Assembly (NCBI GenBank): GCA_963934365.1
Contig: CAWVYJ010000001.1
Span: forward strand, 377-64,376
Length of the DNA: 64,000 bases
Direction of reading: 5' to 3'
DNA from: an uncultured Dehalococcoidales bacterium
GTDB lineage: Bacteria > Chloroflexota > Dehalococcoidia > Lucifugimonadales > Lucifugimonadaceae
In this document: piece by piece, positions 41,238 to 51,508 of the stretch
Layout of the letters: the number at the start of each line of letters is the position of its first letter
Numbering within the stretch: position 1 is the stretch's first letter
Made by a program: the position numbers and the translations under genes
The notes under the pieces: model-generated
Told to the model about the DNA's origin: nothing
Seen by the model: only the letters and a program-made list of their open reading frames with translations
The model's database searches: none

Positions 41238-42134
41238 ATGACCGATTACACACCAAAAGTTGAGCGTCTTCGCAACAACCCGATCATTCGCCCGAATATG
41301 GACTACCGTATGGGCGACAACATCAACGGGCCATCGCTTATTCAAGTTCCTGATTGGGTAAGAGATCGACTCGGCAAGTACTACTTGTACTTCGGTCATC
41401 ACAATGGCCGATACATACGGCTCGCCTATGCAGACGAACTGGAAGGGCCGTGGCGAATCCACAGCGAGGGAGTTCTTTCGCTTGAGGACTCACATTTCGA
41501 AGGGCATATTGCGTCACCCGATGTTCATGTCGATCACAAGATCGGCCATATCAGAATGTACTTTCATGGCTCTAACACCGTCACTGGAGGAGGAACAGGT
41601 AAGGACGGGGCGCAATTCACTCGGGTTTCGATTTCGAGAGACGGACTGAATTTCAATGCAGACTCGGAGCTGCTGGCCAACCCGTATTTGCGCGCATTTC
41701 AATGGAATGGCAACCACTACGCAATAGCAATGCCTGGGGTGTTCTATCGCTCCGAAAACGGAATGAGCAATTTCGAGGACGGTCCTACCCTCTTCACAGA
41801 AAACATGCGGCATTCAGCGGTGATAGTTGATGACAACGTTCTTCAGATATTTTTTACTATGGTTGGAGATTCACCCGAGAGGATCAAACTTTCCACCGTT
41901 GACCTTTCGGACGATTGGATGAACTGGACTGCATCAGATCCGATCGACGTACTATCACCTGCATTGCCGTGGGAGGGCTCAGAATTGCCGCAAAAGCCAT
42001 CGAAACGTGGACTTATAGATGGGCAGGTCAATCAGCTGCGAGATCCCGCTATCTACCAGGAAGATGGACGTACATACCTTCTATACTCGATAGCCGGCGA
42101 GAGCGGGATTGCGATCGCCGAGCTCACGTTCTGA
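41238..42134 (+). CDS. Five-bladed beta-propeller glycoside-hydrolase-like protein (GH43/GH32/GH130-like)
   Basis: NPII, NINGPSLI, YYLYFGHH, LEGPW, HIASPDV and QLRDPAIY. Confidence 0.7.
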   Translation: MTDYTPKVERLRNNPIIRPNMDYRMGDNINGPSLIQVPDWVRDRLGKYYLYFGHHNGRYIRLAYADELEGPWRIHSEGVLSLEDSHFEGHIASPDVHVDHKIGHIRMYFHGSNTVTGGGTGKDGAQFTRVSISRDGLNFNADSELLANPYLRAFQWNGNHYAIAMPGVFYRSENGMSNFEDGPTLFTENMRHSAVIVDDNVLQIFFTMVGDSPERIKLSTVDLSDDWMNWTASDPIDVLSPALPWEGSELPQKPSKRGLIDGQVNQLRDPAIYQEDGRTYLLYSIAGESGIAIAELTF

Positions 42135-42153
42135 TTTTCAATTCGTTTAACCA

Positions 42154-42187
42154 AATAGACCGTTTTTCACTGGAACGACGGTCTATT
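42154..42187. terminator. Hairpin between convergent genes (probable bidirectional terminator)
   Basis: AATAGACCGT...ACGGTCTATT, a 10-bp inverted repeat. Confidence 0.5.
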
Positions 42188-42200
42188 ATCAAGATTAGAA

Positions 42201-43271
42201 CTAGCGATTACCGTCAGTGATGGGACGTTTGGTGACTCTTCCTGCGAACTCTTCGGTTATGTAGAGAACTGAGTCGGTTGTGAGAAGGCTGGTTGGTGAA
42301 ACAACATTATCGGCAAATACCGTTGTTTCGCTCCCATTCCATTTGAGGACTCGTCCAGGCATGGATTTGGCATTTGTACTAAAATCTCCGCCTTCGAGAA
42401 CTTTCTCCGTATCTGATGAGAATTCAGCGATGTAGAGAGTGCCGTCGGGCCCAAATGTAATGTCGGTGACAGTGGTGAGTCCGGTGACAAACGGCTCAGA
42501 TTCTCCCTGATCCAATGCATCTCCATCACCATTTAGATCTTCCACTCGCCAGACAGCAGCCTCTCCGGCAGGATATGGATAGCCTGTCAACGTACCAACG
42601 TAGATAGCACCATCAGGACCACGTGCTATCCCTGTTGGAACCATCTCAACTGCCGCTTCCTGATCCGGAATGGCAAAGTTATAGAACACCACGTAGTCAC
42701 GGATATTGCCGGCCAGATCGACTGCTCGCAACGAGTTTCCTCCGGGGTCCGAAACTATCCACCCATCGACTTCAGGTGCGTTGACCATGTCATAAGGATT
42801 GGAGAATCGGTTATCGAGTGGAGCCCAGCCATCGGTTATTGGCGTCACAGGCTCGTATCCGGCTTCAGCTGTGATTCGGTACATACGCGCTGACTGTTCG
42901 CCGATGTACTCACCCACAATGAAAAACAGCTCACCGTTGAGAAGGGTGATCGCTGATGGACCGGCTTGATATGCCCCCTCGGGACCTGTTTTTAGCGAGA
43001 ATGGTAAGCCCTTGGCTATAGGACTGACCTCGCCGTCACCTGTGACTTTTAGCAAACGGCCGCGACCAGATTCTGCGATCAGTAGGTTTCCGTCCAAATC
43101 AAAAGCAAGTCCGCGTGGCGAAGAAAGTCCTTCAGCCACAATCTCGTCGTTATCGGCTGATCCGCCTCCGCACGCTACCGAAGCAGTGATTATGAGGAGA
43201 GAAGTTATGATCGCGATTTGGACCGCTGATAGATGAAGGTTTCGGGCGACTAACTTTAGATATGGATTCAT
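42201..43271 (-). CDS. ScyD/ScyE-family beta-propeller lipoprotein
   Basis: Lipobox SVAC, GLSSPRGLAF..DG.L.IAE.G, SNPY, VPTGIARGPDGAIYVG.LTG.P and GLTTVTDI.FGPDG.LY. Confidence 0.75.
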   Translation of the reverse strand: MNPYLKLVARNLHLSAVQIAIITSLLIITASVACGGGSADNDEIVAEGLSSPRGLAFDLDGNLLIAESGRGRLLKVTGDGEVSPIAKGLPFSLKTGPEGAYQAGPSAITLLNGELFFIVGEYIGEQSARMYRITAEAGYEPVTPITDGWAPLDNRFSNPYDMVNAPEVDGWIVSDPGGNSLRAVDLAGNIRDYVVFYNFAIPDQEAAVEMVPTGIARGPDGAIYVGTLTGYPYPAGEAAVWRVEDLNGDGDALDQGESEPFVTGLTTVTDITFGPDGTLYIAEFSSDTEKVLEGGDFSTNAKSMPGRVLKWNGSETTVFADNVVSPTSLLTTDSVLYITEEFAGRVTKRPITDGNR

Positions 43272-43383
43272 GGTTATTAAGAGCCTTCTATTGAGCGGTG
43301 TTGAGCGTGATGCGCTAACCCGTTTACACAGCGTTCATCGTATCTCTGATACAGCGATCTAGCCGCCCTACGTCGCCTGATTT

Positions 43384-43653
43384 ATGGCGTTATACATGTC
43401 GCTTGTTTTGTTCAGAATGATAGTTAATATACTGATCTTTACGACCGGTTGGATCAGAGGATTGAGTGACATTTCAGACCATGTCAATTCATCCGATCGA
43501 GGCTCAGTAGTTTTCATGGTTTTCTTCTATTTAGGAATTATTCTGTTAGCAATAGGGTTGCCCTGCTACGCTCGGTGTACATCTTTCCTAAGTAGAAGTG
43601 CTACTGCCGCTACAGGTGTTGCGAAGCGTGCGCTAATTACGACCGTTCGTTGA
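43384..43653 (+). CDS. Possible small two-TM membrane protein or remnant
   Basis: An 89-aa ORF with two hydrophobic segments fills a 490-bp gap; no recognisable motif. Confidence 0.25.
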   Translation: MALYMSLVLFRMIVNILIFTTGWIRGLSDISDHVNSSDRGSVVFMVFFYLGIILLAIGLPCYARCTSFLSRSATAATGVAKRALITTVR

Positions 43654-43758
43654 CGTGCCACGCATGAATATGCCGAGGTCGAACGTCGCTTGGCTAATGA
43701 CGAGTGCACAAAACTGGACGTCAGAGAGTACATCTGCCGCTTTTAGTCGAAATCTCAT

Positions 43759-44598
43759 TTACTTGATAGCCTCGACGAGGTTTTCGAGCACGATTGCAAC
43801 ACCGTGATCGTCGTTGGAGGCGGTTTCGTATTTTGCTAACGATTTGATCTCTGAAATAGCGTTTGCTACCGCTACCGACCATCCGCAGTCGCGTATGAGA
43901 TCTATATCGACAAAGTCATCTCCGAACGAAAGCACATCGGCCAGTGGAATGTTCGCCGATTCCAGTAGATTGGCGACCGCACCGGATTTACTTGCCTGCG
44001 TAGGAACGATATTGAGGAATTGCATTCTTGCTGCTCGGAGCACACGCGTTTCAGATGAGAGTTCGTTTTCCAACATGATCGCAAGTTTTTCTAGGTTTTG
44101 ATTCAGACCGTTTATAGAAATCTTCACTGGTCGCAGTCGTAATGCTTTTTTGAACGATACGAGCATGGTGGGCGTTGCCATGTTGAATGCCCATAGCTCG
44201 TTTACGTCATCGTCGTGATTGACAGCGAACTGGTCACCGTCTATTTCTAACGTCATTCGTACCCACGGAGCGTGTTCATTAGCGAGCCGCCAGCAGATAC
44301 AAGCATCTTCTAAACTCATCTCGTGTTTGAAGGATCCGGTTAGTCCTGCCTTGCCATGTGCAATCGTTCCGTTCATCTGGACTATTGAAGTTATTTCTAG
44401 AATGTCATCACCAACCAGCGTCTGTAGCACTCGTTCGGGGCGCGACGTGGCGATAATCATGGGTATGCCAATGGCGTGAACTGCGTGCAGGACTGTGCTT
44501 GTACGCTCGTCGAGTCGCGCGTTGGAATTGAGAGTTGTTTCATCCAAGTCCATAGCGATGGCCTTTGGAGTTGCGGTCGAAAAGTCGGGAAGATTCAT
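43759..44598 (-). CDS. Cof-type HAD-IIB family hydrolase
   Basis: DLDETTL, ATSR, NG, SKS and FGD..VDIDL. Start at ATG 44598, which overlaps the MFS stop (ATGA). Confidence 0.88.
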   Translation of the reverse strand: MNLPDFSTATPKAIAMDLDETTLNSNARLDERTSTVLHAVHAIGIPMIIATSRPERVLQTLVGDDILEITSIVQMNGTIAHGKAGLTGSFKHEMSLEDACICWRLANEHAPWVRMTLEIDGDQFAVNHDDDVNELWAFNMATPTMLVSFKKALRLRPVKISINGLNQNLEKLAIMLENELSSETRVLRAARMQFLNIVPTQASKSGAVANLLESANIPLADVLSFGDDFVDIDLIRDCGWSVAVANAISEIKSLAKYETASNDDHGVAIVLENLVEAIK

Positions 44599-45878
44599 TG
44601 TTCGATATTGTCTACATTCTGCTGGTTCGATGTTCGAAATAGTGCTTGCCACTTGAACGCTGCGAACAATGTCGCCACCAGACCCACACCACCTAGGATC
44701 CCGATCATTACATCCGATCCCGCTAACTCCGATATCCAACCACCTATCAGTAAACCAAGTGGTAGTCCGTAGATCCCAAGCGACCGAATACCCATTACCC
44801 GCCCGCGCTTTTCTGTGGGTGCCGCACGCAGTAAGCCCACGACCATGGCCACAAAAGTAACGCCTCCACTGATTCCCCATAGGACGAGCACTAAAGCAAA
44901 CAACCAGAGCGGTGGTGTTGTGGCAAGAACAAGCATAAGCAAGTGCCATACGATTGATCCGATAATCACTATTCGACCGGGGTTCGACACACCGCGACGC
45001 AGACCTACAACTAACGAGCCGACCAGCGCACCAATCGATGCCGTCGCCGCTAGCAGTCCGATTCCGGTGCCGTTGAGATCGTACAGCTCGTCACCTATCA
45101 CGGTCATAAGCCCGTTCACGATTGGGAACGCGGAAAACTCTATCAAGAACGAAAAGAAAATCAGGCCTGGCAACATTCTGCTTTGTTTTACAAAACGAAA
45201 CCCTTCGCTTATGCCCGATCTGATACCGATCGAGCTGGCCTGCGCCACGACTACTCTTGAGTCAATCTTTAGTGAAGCTAGAGTCGCTAGCAAGTAGAGA
45301 ACTGAGATTACGATGTAGGCCCAATCGAGTCCAAGCAGCTCGAAAATCGTACCTCCAACGATTGAACCGATTACTCGTGCTCCGTCCAAAGTCGATCTCG
45401 AAAGACCGACCGCACCATGAAGTGAGTGAGCAGGAACAGCGTCGGCAGTGAGAGCTTGTACTAGAACCACATCGAGCGTTCGAACCAAGCTGCCAGCAGT
45501 AACGATCACGTAGGCGTGCCACAATACAAGCGCGTCGGTGATTACCAATACCGTGAGTATTACGGCAAGCAGCGCACCGAACGACCGCACGAATACTTGC
45601 AATCGTTTTCTATCGAACCGATCGACCATTAGTCCGTACAGTGGCCCGAGCAGCGTTCCTGCGAATTTCAGCGCGCCTACTAATCCAACGAGTAAGGGTG
45701 AGCCGGTATCTCGTAATACGAACATCGCAAGTACGATGATTTCCATCTCGATCGCCCACAGATTGAGAGCGTCTGACGACCATACGAACTTGTAGTCGCC
45801 ATACCGAAGTACGCGAAACGGATTCAAGCTAACTTGGGCTTTGTGTTGCGTGTCGTTAGGGGCCTCAGATTCGAGCAT
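44595..45878 (-). CDS. MFS transporter
   Basis: 12 hydrophobic segments, G..VDRFDRK motif A and RGRVMG. Confidence 0.9.
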   Translation of the reverse strand: MLESEAPNDTQHKAQVSLNPFRVLRYGDYKFVWSSDALNLWAIEMEIIVLAMFVLRDTGSPLLVGLVGALKFAGTLLGPLYGLMVDRFDRKRLQVFVRSFGALLAVILTVLVITDALVLWHAYVIVTAGSLVRTLDVVLVQALTADAVPAHSLHGAVGLSRSTLDGARVIGSIVGGTIFELLGLDWAYIVISVLYLLATLASLKIDSRVVVAQASSIGIRSGISEGFRFVKQSRMLPGLIFFSFLIEFSAFPIVNGLMTVIGDELYDLNGTGIGLLAATASIGALVGSLVVGLRRGVSNPGRIVIIGSIVWHLLMLVLATTPPLWLFALVLVLWGISGGVTFVAMVVGLLRAAPTEKRGRVMGIRSLGIYGLPLGLLIGGWISELAGSDVMIGILGGVGLVATLFAAFKWQALFRTSNQQNVDNIEQ

Positions 45879-45971
45879 ATGTGCGATTCTGTCACGATAG
45901 TCGTTTAGCAGTCACCTACTAGTAAGGCTGCATGGCCGATGAAATTAAACACGGAGCAACTTGTTCCCCCG

Positions 45972-47354
45972 TTATCGAGCCTTACGCAAGGCGGGTGTCA
46001 TAATGAGTGCTGTTCCAGAAACAATCACGCTGCCTGTGATTCCAATGAACAACGTCGTTTGAATTCCGAAAACCTCGATGCCAGCACCACCAATTAGCCA
46101 ACCAAGTTGATGGGTGAGAACGGTCATGAAGTACAAACTCATCACCCTCCCACGCATATCCTCCGATGCTGTTGTCTGAAGAAGCACCGGCACCGAAATC
46201 ATCCATGATGCGAAAGCTAAACCTTGAAGTGTCATTGCGATACCAGACATAACTACGTTTGGCGCTACGGCGAACAACGCTGTTGAAGCGTTCATAACCA
46301 GCATCGCAAAAATTAGTAAATAGCCTTTTCTAATTTTGTTGCTGAACACGAATAACGTAAAAGCGCCAACGAGTGCACCAACTCCGCTGAGCCCAAGCAT
46401 CACTCCATAGCCAATCTCGCTCAGGCCGAGTTCATCTTTGACCTTGACAGGAATGGCTGGCTGCATCATCCCCATAAAAATGGCGCTAGAGCCAAGAATT
46501 AGCAGAGCGCGAATGATCGGCGTGCGGTAGGCGTAGCCAACACCCTGTCGAATATCCGAAAACATGTTCCGTCCGCTCGGAACGGGGTGATGTCGGGTTC
46601 GTACTCGGAAAATCATCAAAGCTGAAAATGCGTAAAGTCCTGCGAGTACATAAAACGCGGTATCGAACCCTAGGAGTAGTAATGCTCCACCAACGCTGGG
46701 ACCAGCGATAGTCGCTGTCATCGAGATGCCCGTGTTCAGGCTTGAGGCTGAAACCAATCGCTCTCGACCCACAACATCGACAGCGAAAGCCTGACTTGTT
46801 GGGTTGTGCAGTGCGAACATCGAACCCGTCATCAGTGATATCGGTATCAGATGCCACCATTCGAGTACGTCGGTCGTTAGCAATACGGCCGTTAGCAGCG
46901 CCATTGATGCAATGACGACCTTCGTTCTCCAAAGTAGTTGCCAACGCTCAGTACGATCGGCAAGTGCACCACCGATCAGTGAGATCGAGATGATTGCGAT
47001 ACCGGGCATGGCGTTTACCAGTCCCATAAGCGTCGCTGAATCCGTTCGGTCAAGAACGATCCATGCCTGAGCCATATTCCGTATCTGATAGCCAGCAAAG
47101 GTCGCTAGATTCGAGAGAACCAGTAATCGATAGTCGCGAACCGACAGAATGCTGAACGGACCCTGAGTATTCCTACCAGATTTTGTTGAACGACTGGCGT
47201 TTATTTCATGCGAATTTGCTGTGTCGGCAGTTTTGTCAGCCAGAACAGAGTCCTCGATAGAGTTGGAGTAGGGGCGGGTGTGGTGCGTATTAGTGAACTG
47301 CGGGTGTGCACGCTCTCGCTCGTGCGATAGCGAGGCACCAGCAATGACCGGCAA
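45972..47354 (-). CDS. MFS transporter
   Basis: GGALADRTER motif A and MRGRVMS. The real start is probably near 47243 (CTG, 7 nt after GAGGA). Confidence 0.88.
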   Translation of the reverse strand: MPVIAGASLSHERERAHPQFTNTHHTRPYSNSIEDSVLADKTADTANSHEINASRSTKSGRNTQGPFSILSVRDYRLLVLSNLATFAGYQIRNMAQAWIVLDRTDSATLMGLVNAMPGIAIISISLIGGALADRTERWQLLWRTKVVIASMALLTAVLLTTDVLEWWHLIPISLMTGSMFALHNPTSQAFAVDVVGRERLVSASSLNTGISMTATIAGPSVGGALLLLGFDTAFYVLAGLYAFSALMIFRVRTRHHPVPSGRNMFSDIRQGVGYAYRTPIIRALLILGSSAIFMGMMQPAIPVKVKDELGLSEIGYGVMLGLSGVGALVGAFTLFVFSNKIRKGYLLIFAMLVMNASTALFAVAPNVVMSGIAMTLQGLAFASWMISVPVLLQTTASEDMRGRVMSLYFMTVLTHQLGWLIGGAGIEVFGIQTTLFIGITGSVIVSGTALIMTPALRKAR

Positions 47355-47378
47355 TGATGTCAGCCGGGTAAATCAGTG

Positions 47379-47418
47379 CCACCCTTGAAATAAGTCTAGT
47401 ACGTTATTTCGAGGGTGG
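47379..47418. other. 15-bp inverted repeat downstream of the third enolase-family gene
   Basis: CCACCCTTGAAATAA-10 nt-TTATTTCGAGGGTGG with one G-T pair; terminator or operator. Confidence 0.4.
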
Positions 47419-47445
47419 TTGTATGTCGCCGCTGATGAATATTGG

Positions 47446-48636
47446 CTAGTGCTTCACTATAAATGGCTCAAGCAATGCCTCGTTGATTTCAACACCGATG
47501 CCGGGGCGGTCGGGAAGAACGAATCCGCCATCAGCGTACTGCCATGCCGTGTCCGATGCTTTTTCTAATCGGTCGGAAAGCCCGCCTTGGAACTCTTGGA
47601 GATAGTCGGGTGGTGCAACCGCTGCACATTGAAGAGTCGCTGCCTGGAACACTGAAACTCCACTACCCATGTGCGGAGTTGTCTTTATTCCAGCTTTCGC
47701 TGCGATGCCCATCTGCACGATGTAATCGGTGAAGCCCGTTCGTCCGATATCTGGCTGATACACATCCAATGCTCGGGGCTGCTGAACCCACTGCTCCATC
47801 TGGTATCGAGACCTGAAGTGCTCACCAAGAGCGATATCTGCTCCAGGCTTCTTCACCAGTTCCTGGTGTCCCATCAGATCTTCAGGCTGCAGTGGGCACT
47901 CGAAGAATCGAACATTGCGTTTTCCGTACTCGATTTTTCCAAATTCTGCCGATTCGTGAGAACACATCCAGAGTGTGTCGACCATCCACTGTTCGAGTTC
48001 TGGCGCACCAGCCATCAGGCCGTCTAGCTCAGTAGTTCCAGCTTCTACATCGCCGGTGAGAAAAATTTTGGCACCCTTGAGACCAGTGTCGATCCATGAC
48101 TTCACATGCTCGACCCGCTCCTCAAGAGTCGATCGGCGGACTCCTGATAGGTAAACGTCAAATTGTTTTCGAGGATTTGGATCGAGCAGCGCAGCTACCG
48201 GCGATTGCTCGCGCTTGCCGATTGCATCCCACACAGCGATATCAATCGCCGCAAGTGCGTCTAGCCAGTAACCAGATGAATACCCGCGCCCGCGTTGCGT
48301 GTCGTACAAGAAATCCCACAGCGCAGCCGGGCTTTCGTACTCTTGCCCTTCGATCATCTGAGCCATAAGACTGTTCACGATCAGGGTGACAACATCTGGA
48401 CCGATCCCGGTATTTGCTTCACCCCAGCCCACTGTGCCATCGGAGAAAGTCACCTTTACAAGGGGAGTTTCGATGTAGCGGGCGTAAACCGTTTGCCAAC
48501 CCTGCTTGAACTCAAACCGTTCGGTTTGACGATCACCTTCGTTCGCTCGGTAAGTCTCCCAATAAGAAGCAGAGTTCTTGAAAGCTAGGTGAAGCGACTC
48601 GACTGACTTGACGCTAAAGCTTTTGTTAATCGGCAT
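47446..48636 (-). CDS. Mandelate racemase/enolase superfamily enzyme
   Basis: GWGEA, AAIDIAVWD, MVD, FFECP, LGEH, QPDIG, PH and PGIGVE. Start placed at ATG 48636. Confidence 0.88.
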   Translation of the reverse strand: MPINKSFSVKSVESLHLAFKNSASYWETYRANEGDRQTERFEFKQGWQTVYARYIETPLVKVTFSDGTVGWGEANTGIGPDVVTLIVNSLMAQMIEGQEYESPAALWDFLYDTQRGRGYSSGYWLDALAAIDIAVWDAIGKREQSPVAALLDPNPRKQFDVYLSGVRRSTLEERVEHVKSWIDTGLKGAKIFLTGDVEAGTTELDGLMAGAPELEQWMVDTLWMCSHESAEFGKIEYGKRNVRFFECPLQPEDLMGHQELVKKPGADIALGEHFRSRYQMEQWVQQPRALDVYQPDIGRTGFTDYIVQMGIAAKAGIKTTPHMGSGVSVFQAATLQCAAVAPPDYLQEFQGGLSDRLEKASDTAWQYADGGFVLPDRPGIGVEINEALLEPFIVKH

Positions 48637-48801
48637 TTGTATTCTCGATCCGTCGGGTACGTTCATTAAACCCGTGATGGATATAGAGGTGAATGTTGAA
48701 ATTGAACTCCAGAAGTTTACCCATAGGAAATAAACGGTGATAGCTACATGGCCGTGTATTTCTAAATACCCTGAACCGTGTTCAAAAAATATTAGTAGAC
48801 G

Positions 48802-48829
48802 TTGACTTGCCATATCAGTGTTGTATAGT
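48802..48829 (+). promoter_or_regulatory. Candidate sigma70 promoter for the ABC substrate-binding gene
   Basis: TTGACT-16 nt-TATAGT in an AT-rich divergent region. Confidence 0.35.
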
Positions 48830-49034
48830 TCGCTGCTGCTTACGTTGGTGGAGTTGGGTTTATTTTTAATACTCAAACACCGCGTAACAAGGCAATTACA
48901 TATTTGGGGCGCGTGTGTTAACGAAGTGAAAGGGTTTTCTTTCATTGGAGTTGACAGCGAATCCTGACAATAGATCAGGTGGGTTTTCTTTTGAAAATCG
49001 CTCCTTTCTTATTTGGCCTTTCGGAGGAAATAGC

Positions 49035-51194
49035 ATGGATCTTAGTTTGAACAAGAGATGGGCACCGGTGTTTTTGGCACTGGCAAGCTTGTTCCTCGTT
49101 GCTTCAATCGCCTGTGGCGGTGACAGTGACGATGGTGACAGCGCCGCATCAAGTGGTGGTGGCGAAGCCGCTGCCGCAGCTCCTGCCGCTCCAGCGGCAG
49201 CTGCAGCACCGGCAGCAGCTGCAAAGCCTGCTGCTAGTGGTGGCACAAGTGCCGCTGGTGAAAAAGCAGCTGCAGCAGACAAAGCAGCTGCAGCAGAAGC
49301 AGCTGAAAAAGCAGCACCAGCAGCAACTGTGGCACAGGCTGCCGCAGTAGCTACCAAAGCACCTGACAGTGCAACAGGTGGCGCAGAAGGTTCAATCGTT
49401 CGGGCATTCCGAACTCTCGAATCTGTATATGGTATTGGTTATGTAGGCCCTTACCGCACGTCAGCAACCAATCAAATTGGTGGTATTGAAGAAGCACTCT
49501 TCAACTTCCAAGACGGTAATCCGATGACTCCGTTCCTAGTGGAATCATGGGACATCGACGCTGCTGGTACACGTGCACGAATGACCCTTAAAAAGGGTTT
49601 GAAATTCCAGAGCCCAGTTGGCTATGAAGATAAAGACTTCGGTGAGCTTGACGCTGCCGAGCTCGTCGAGTGGTTCAACCGCTCGAACGCAACGACTAAC
49701 CCTGAATCCACATATGGAGACAGTGGTGACTTCGCTGCGATTTTCTTGGAAGCCTCAGTAATTGACCAGTACACGATCGAAATTGGTCTTGTATCTCCGG
49801 TTTACTACTGTCTGCCGGTATCTCAGTTCGGTTGTCTTTCAGCCGCACGGGGTCCGCACAAAGTAACATCAGCTGACACTGAAGGTGTTGAGTGGGCCCG
49901 AGCCCACCACGTTGGCACAGGTCCTTACGCACAGGGCGAATGCACACCAGGTGACCGTTGTACAATGCACGCAGTATCAGAGCACTGGCGACAGACTGGT
50001 AATGTTGCAGAAATTACAGGAATTCAGGTTCCTGAAGCAACAACCCAGATTGCTATGCTTAAGAACGGCGCGATTGACATGACCGAGCTTGACTACAAGC
50101 TCCTCCCAGACGTGGTTGCCGACGGCTTCACATTCTTGGAGACCATGCCTGGTGGTTTCGTTGGTCAGTCGATTCTCTTCCCAGGAAACCTCTGGGAGCA
50201 CTCACACGCTCGAACTAGCGAAGCTCTTGAGCCATGGAACGCCCCTCCACTAGAGAAGGACTACCCATGGATCGGTAACCCTTGGGGACACCAGGGCGGA
50301 ACTTGCACAGATGGTGATGGTCTAGGCCATGACCTCTGTGGAAATGCTCCTTACACCGACGCTGATAACCCGGCCGGCATGGACGACATGGAGCAGTCTC
50401 GACTAGTTCGACTTGCTCTTTCGACTGCTATCGACCGTGGTTCAATCAATGACGTTCTTTTGAACGGTATTGGTACTCCGATTTACTCTGAGTACATGGG
50501 TCCTGAGTACCCTGGCTGGGATGCTTCCCGCGAGACTGGTTGTTGGGACTGGGTCGGTGGAACAATCGACTGTTCAGGTACGATGGAAAGCGTTCCTTGG
50601 AAAATCGCAGATGGTGACCTAACAGTTGCTGGTGCACTTCTTGACGCTGCTGGTTACGCACTCGTTGATGGTAAGCGTCAGGGCTTTGAGCCTTTGACCC
50701 TTCAGGCTTACTCAGCTGAAGCAGGACCTGTTGGTCTTGAAGTAGCTGACACGGTCATGTCTGACTGGGCCCGTCTCGGTATCGAGATTTCTGGTCTTGT
50801 TGAGGACTACGGCGGAGTTATCAGCCCACGAATGCGACAGCGCGTTCAGTACCTACCTGTTCTAAAGAACGGTGACGTTCACTCGAACGTATACCCAATT
50901 GACTGGCCTTTGCCTACGGTGGACACATCGTCGTCACGACCTGGTTGGGGTGTTGGTTTCGAGTCACAGGCTGGTGCTAAGTGGTTGTTCGAAATTCTTG
51001 GTGAACAGGACGCTAGCGTCCGAGCTGAGAAGCACCTGACTTGGGTTGACTACAGCATGTACTGGCTGCAATATGCCGGTGTATTCCAGGTTCCTAAAGG
51101 AATCGTTGTAAATGACCGCATCAAGTCATGGGACGGCTACCAGCAGCACTATTCAAACGTGTCTGCGAACCCAGAGTTCATTGAACTCAACTAA
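49035..51194 (+). CDS. ABC transporter substrate-binding lipoprotein, family 5 (peptide/nickel)
   Basis: GGAGG RBS, lipobox SIAC, Ala-rich linker, LVESW, GTGPY, VRLALSTAIDR; followed by permeases. Confidence 0.88.
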   Translation: MDLSLNKRWAPVFLALASLFLVASIACGGDSDDGDSAASSGGGEAAAAAPAAPAAAAAPAAAAKPAASGGTSAAGEKAAAADKAAAAEAAEKAAPAATVAQAAAVATKAPDSATGGAEGSIVRAFRTLESVYGIGYVGPYRTSATNQIGGIEEALFNFQDGNPMTPFLVESWDIDAAGTRARMTLKKGLKFQSPVGYEDKDFGELDAAELVEWFNRSNATTNPESTYGDSGDFAAIFLEASVIDQYTIEIGLVSPVYYCLPVSQFGCLSAARGPHKVTSADTEGVEWARAHHVGTGPYAQGECTPGDRCTMHAVSEHWRQTGNVAEITGIQVPEATTQIAMLKNGAIDMTELDYKLLPDVVADGFTFLETMPGGFVGQSILFPGNLWEHSHARTSEALEPWNAPPLEKDYPWIGNPWGHQGGTCTDGDGLGHDLCGNAPYTDADNPAGMDDMEQSRLVRLALSTAIDRGSINDVLLNGIGTPIYSEYMGPEYPGWDASRETGCWDWVGGTIDCSGTMESVPWKIADGDLTVAGALLDAAGYALVDGKRQGFEPLTLQAYSAEAGPVGLEVADTVMSDWARLGIEISGLVEDYGGVISPRMRQRVQYLPVLKNGDVHSNVYPIDWPLPTVDTSSSRPGWGVGFESQAGAKWLFEILGEQDASVRAEKHLTWVDYSMYWLQYAGVFQVPKGIVVNDRIKSWDGYQQHYSNVSANPEFIELN

Positions 51195-51232
51195 GAGTTC
51201 ATGCTCTTAAGAAGCAATTAACCTGCTTTTCT

Positions 51233-51270
51233 AGACGGGGGTCGGATTTTTCCGACCCCCGTCTTTCTTT
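51233..51270 (+). terminator. Intrinsic terminator after the SBP gene
   Basis: AGACGGGGGTCGGA-tttt-TCCGACCCCCGTCT followed by TTCTTT. Confidence 0.85.
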
Positions 51271-51349
51271 AACCACGATTTGTAACGGACTTTGAATTCA
51301 GTGCAATTAGTAAGTGCAGGTAACTGGTAATTATGCTGGTTAGCGATCG

Positions 51350-51378
51350 TTGACATAAATCAGTCAGAATGCTAAATT
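51350..51378 (+). promoter_or_regulatory. Internal sigma70 promoter for the permease genes
   Basis: TTGACA-17 nt-TAAATT with TGn extended -10. Confidence 0.55.
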
Positions 51379-51508
51379 TTCGATGCATCCACAGTGTTTT
51401 AAAGTCACTGATTGACTTGATTTCGGATAGGATGCATTTCTGCATGGAGAGTCGGCAGACTACGTGGCCTATATGGCTTCGTCGAACAACTTCGGAAGTA
51501 CTTAACAA

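Noticed and set aside
44599-44949. N-terminal extension of the HAD ORF, and similar extensions of ligA, the enolase at 48945 and the SBP at 48945
   Set aside because: They overlap neighbouring genes or promoter regions, and family homology begins at downstream starts.
48927-48991. cre/LacI-like TGAAAGGGTTTTCT and a GGGTTTTCTTT direct repeat in the SBP leader
   Set aside because: The central CG of LacI operators is missing, no regulator is nearby, and such matches arise easily in AT-rich DNA.
49140-49360. GCA/GCT-rich repeats as a CRISPR array or tandem repeat element, and the antisense 153-aa ORF 48896..49357
   Set aside because: These are the codons of the Ala-rich SBP linker; there is no constant repeat-spacer period and no cas genes.
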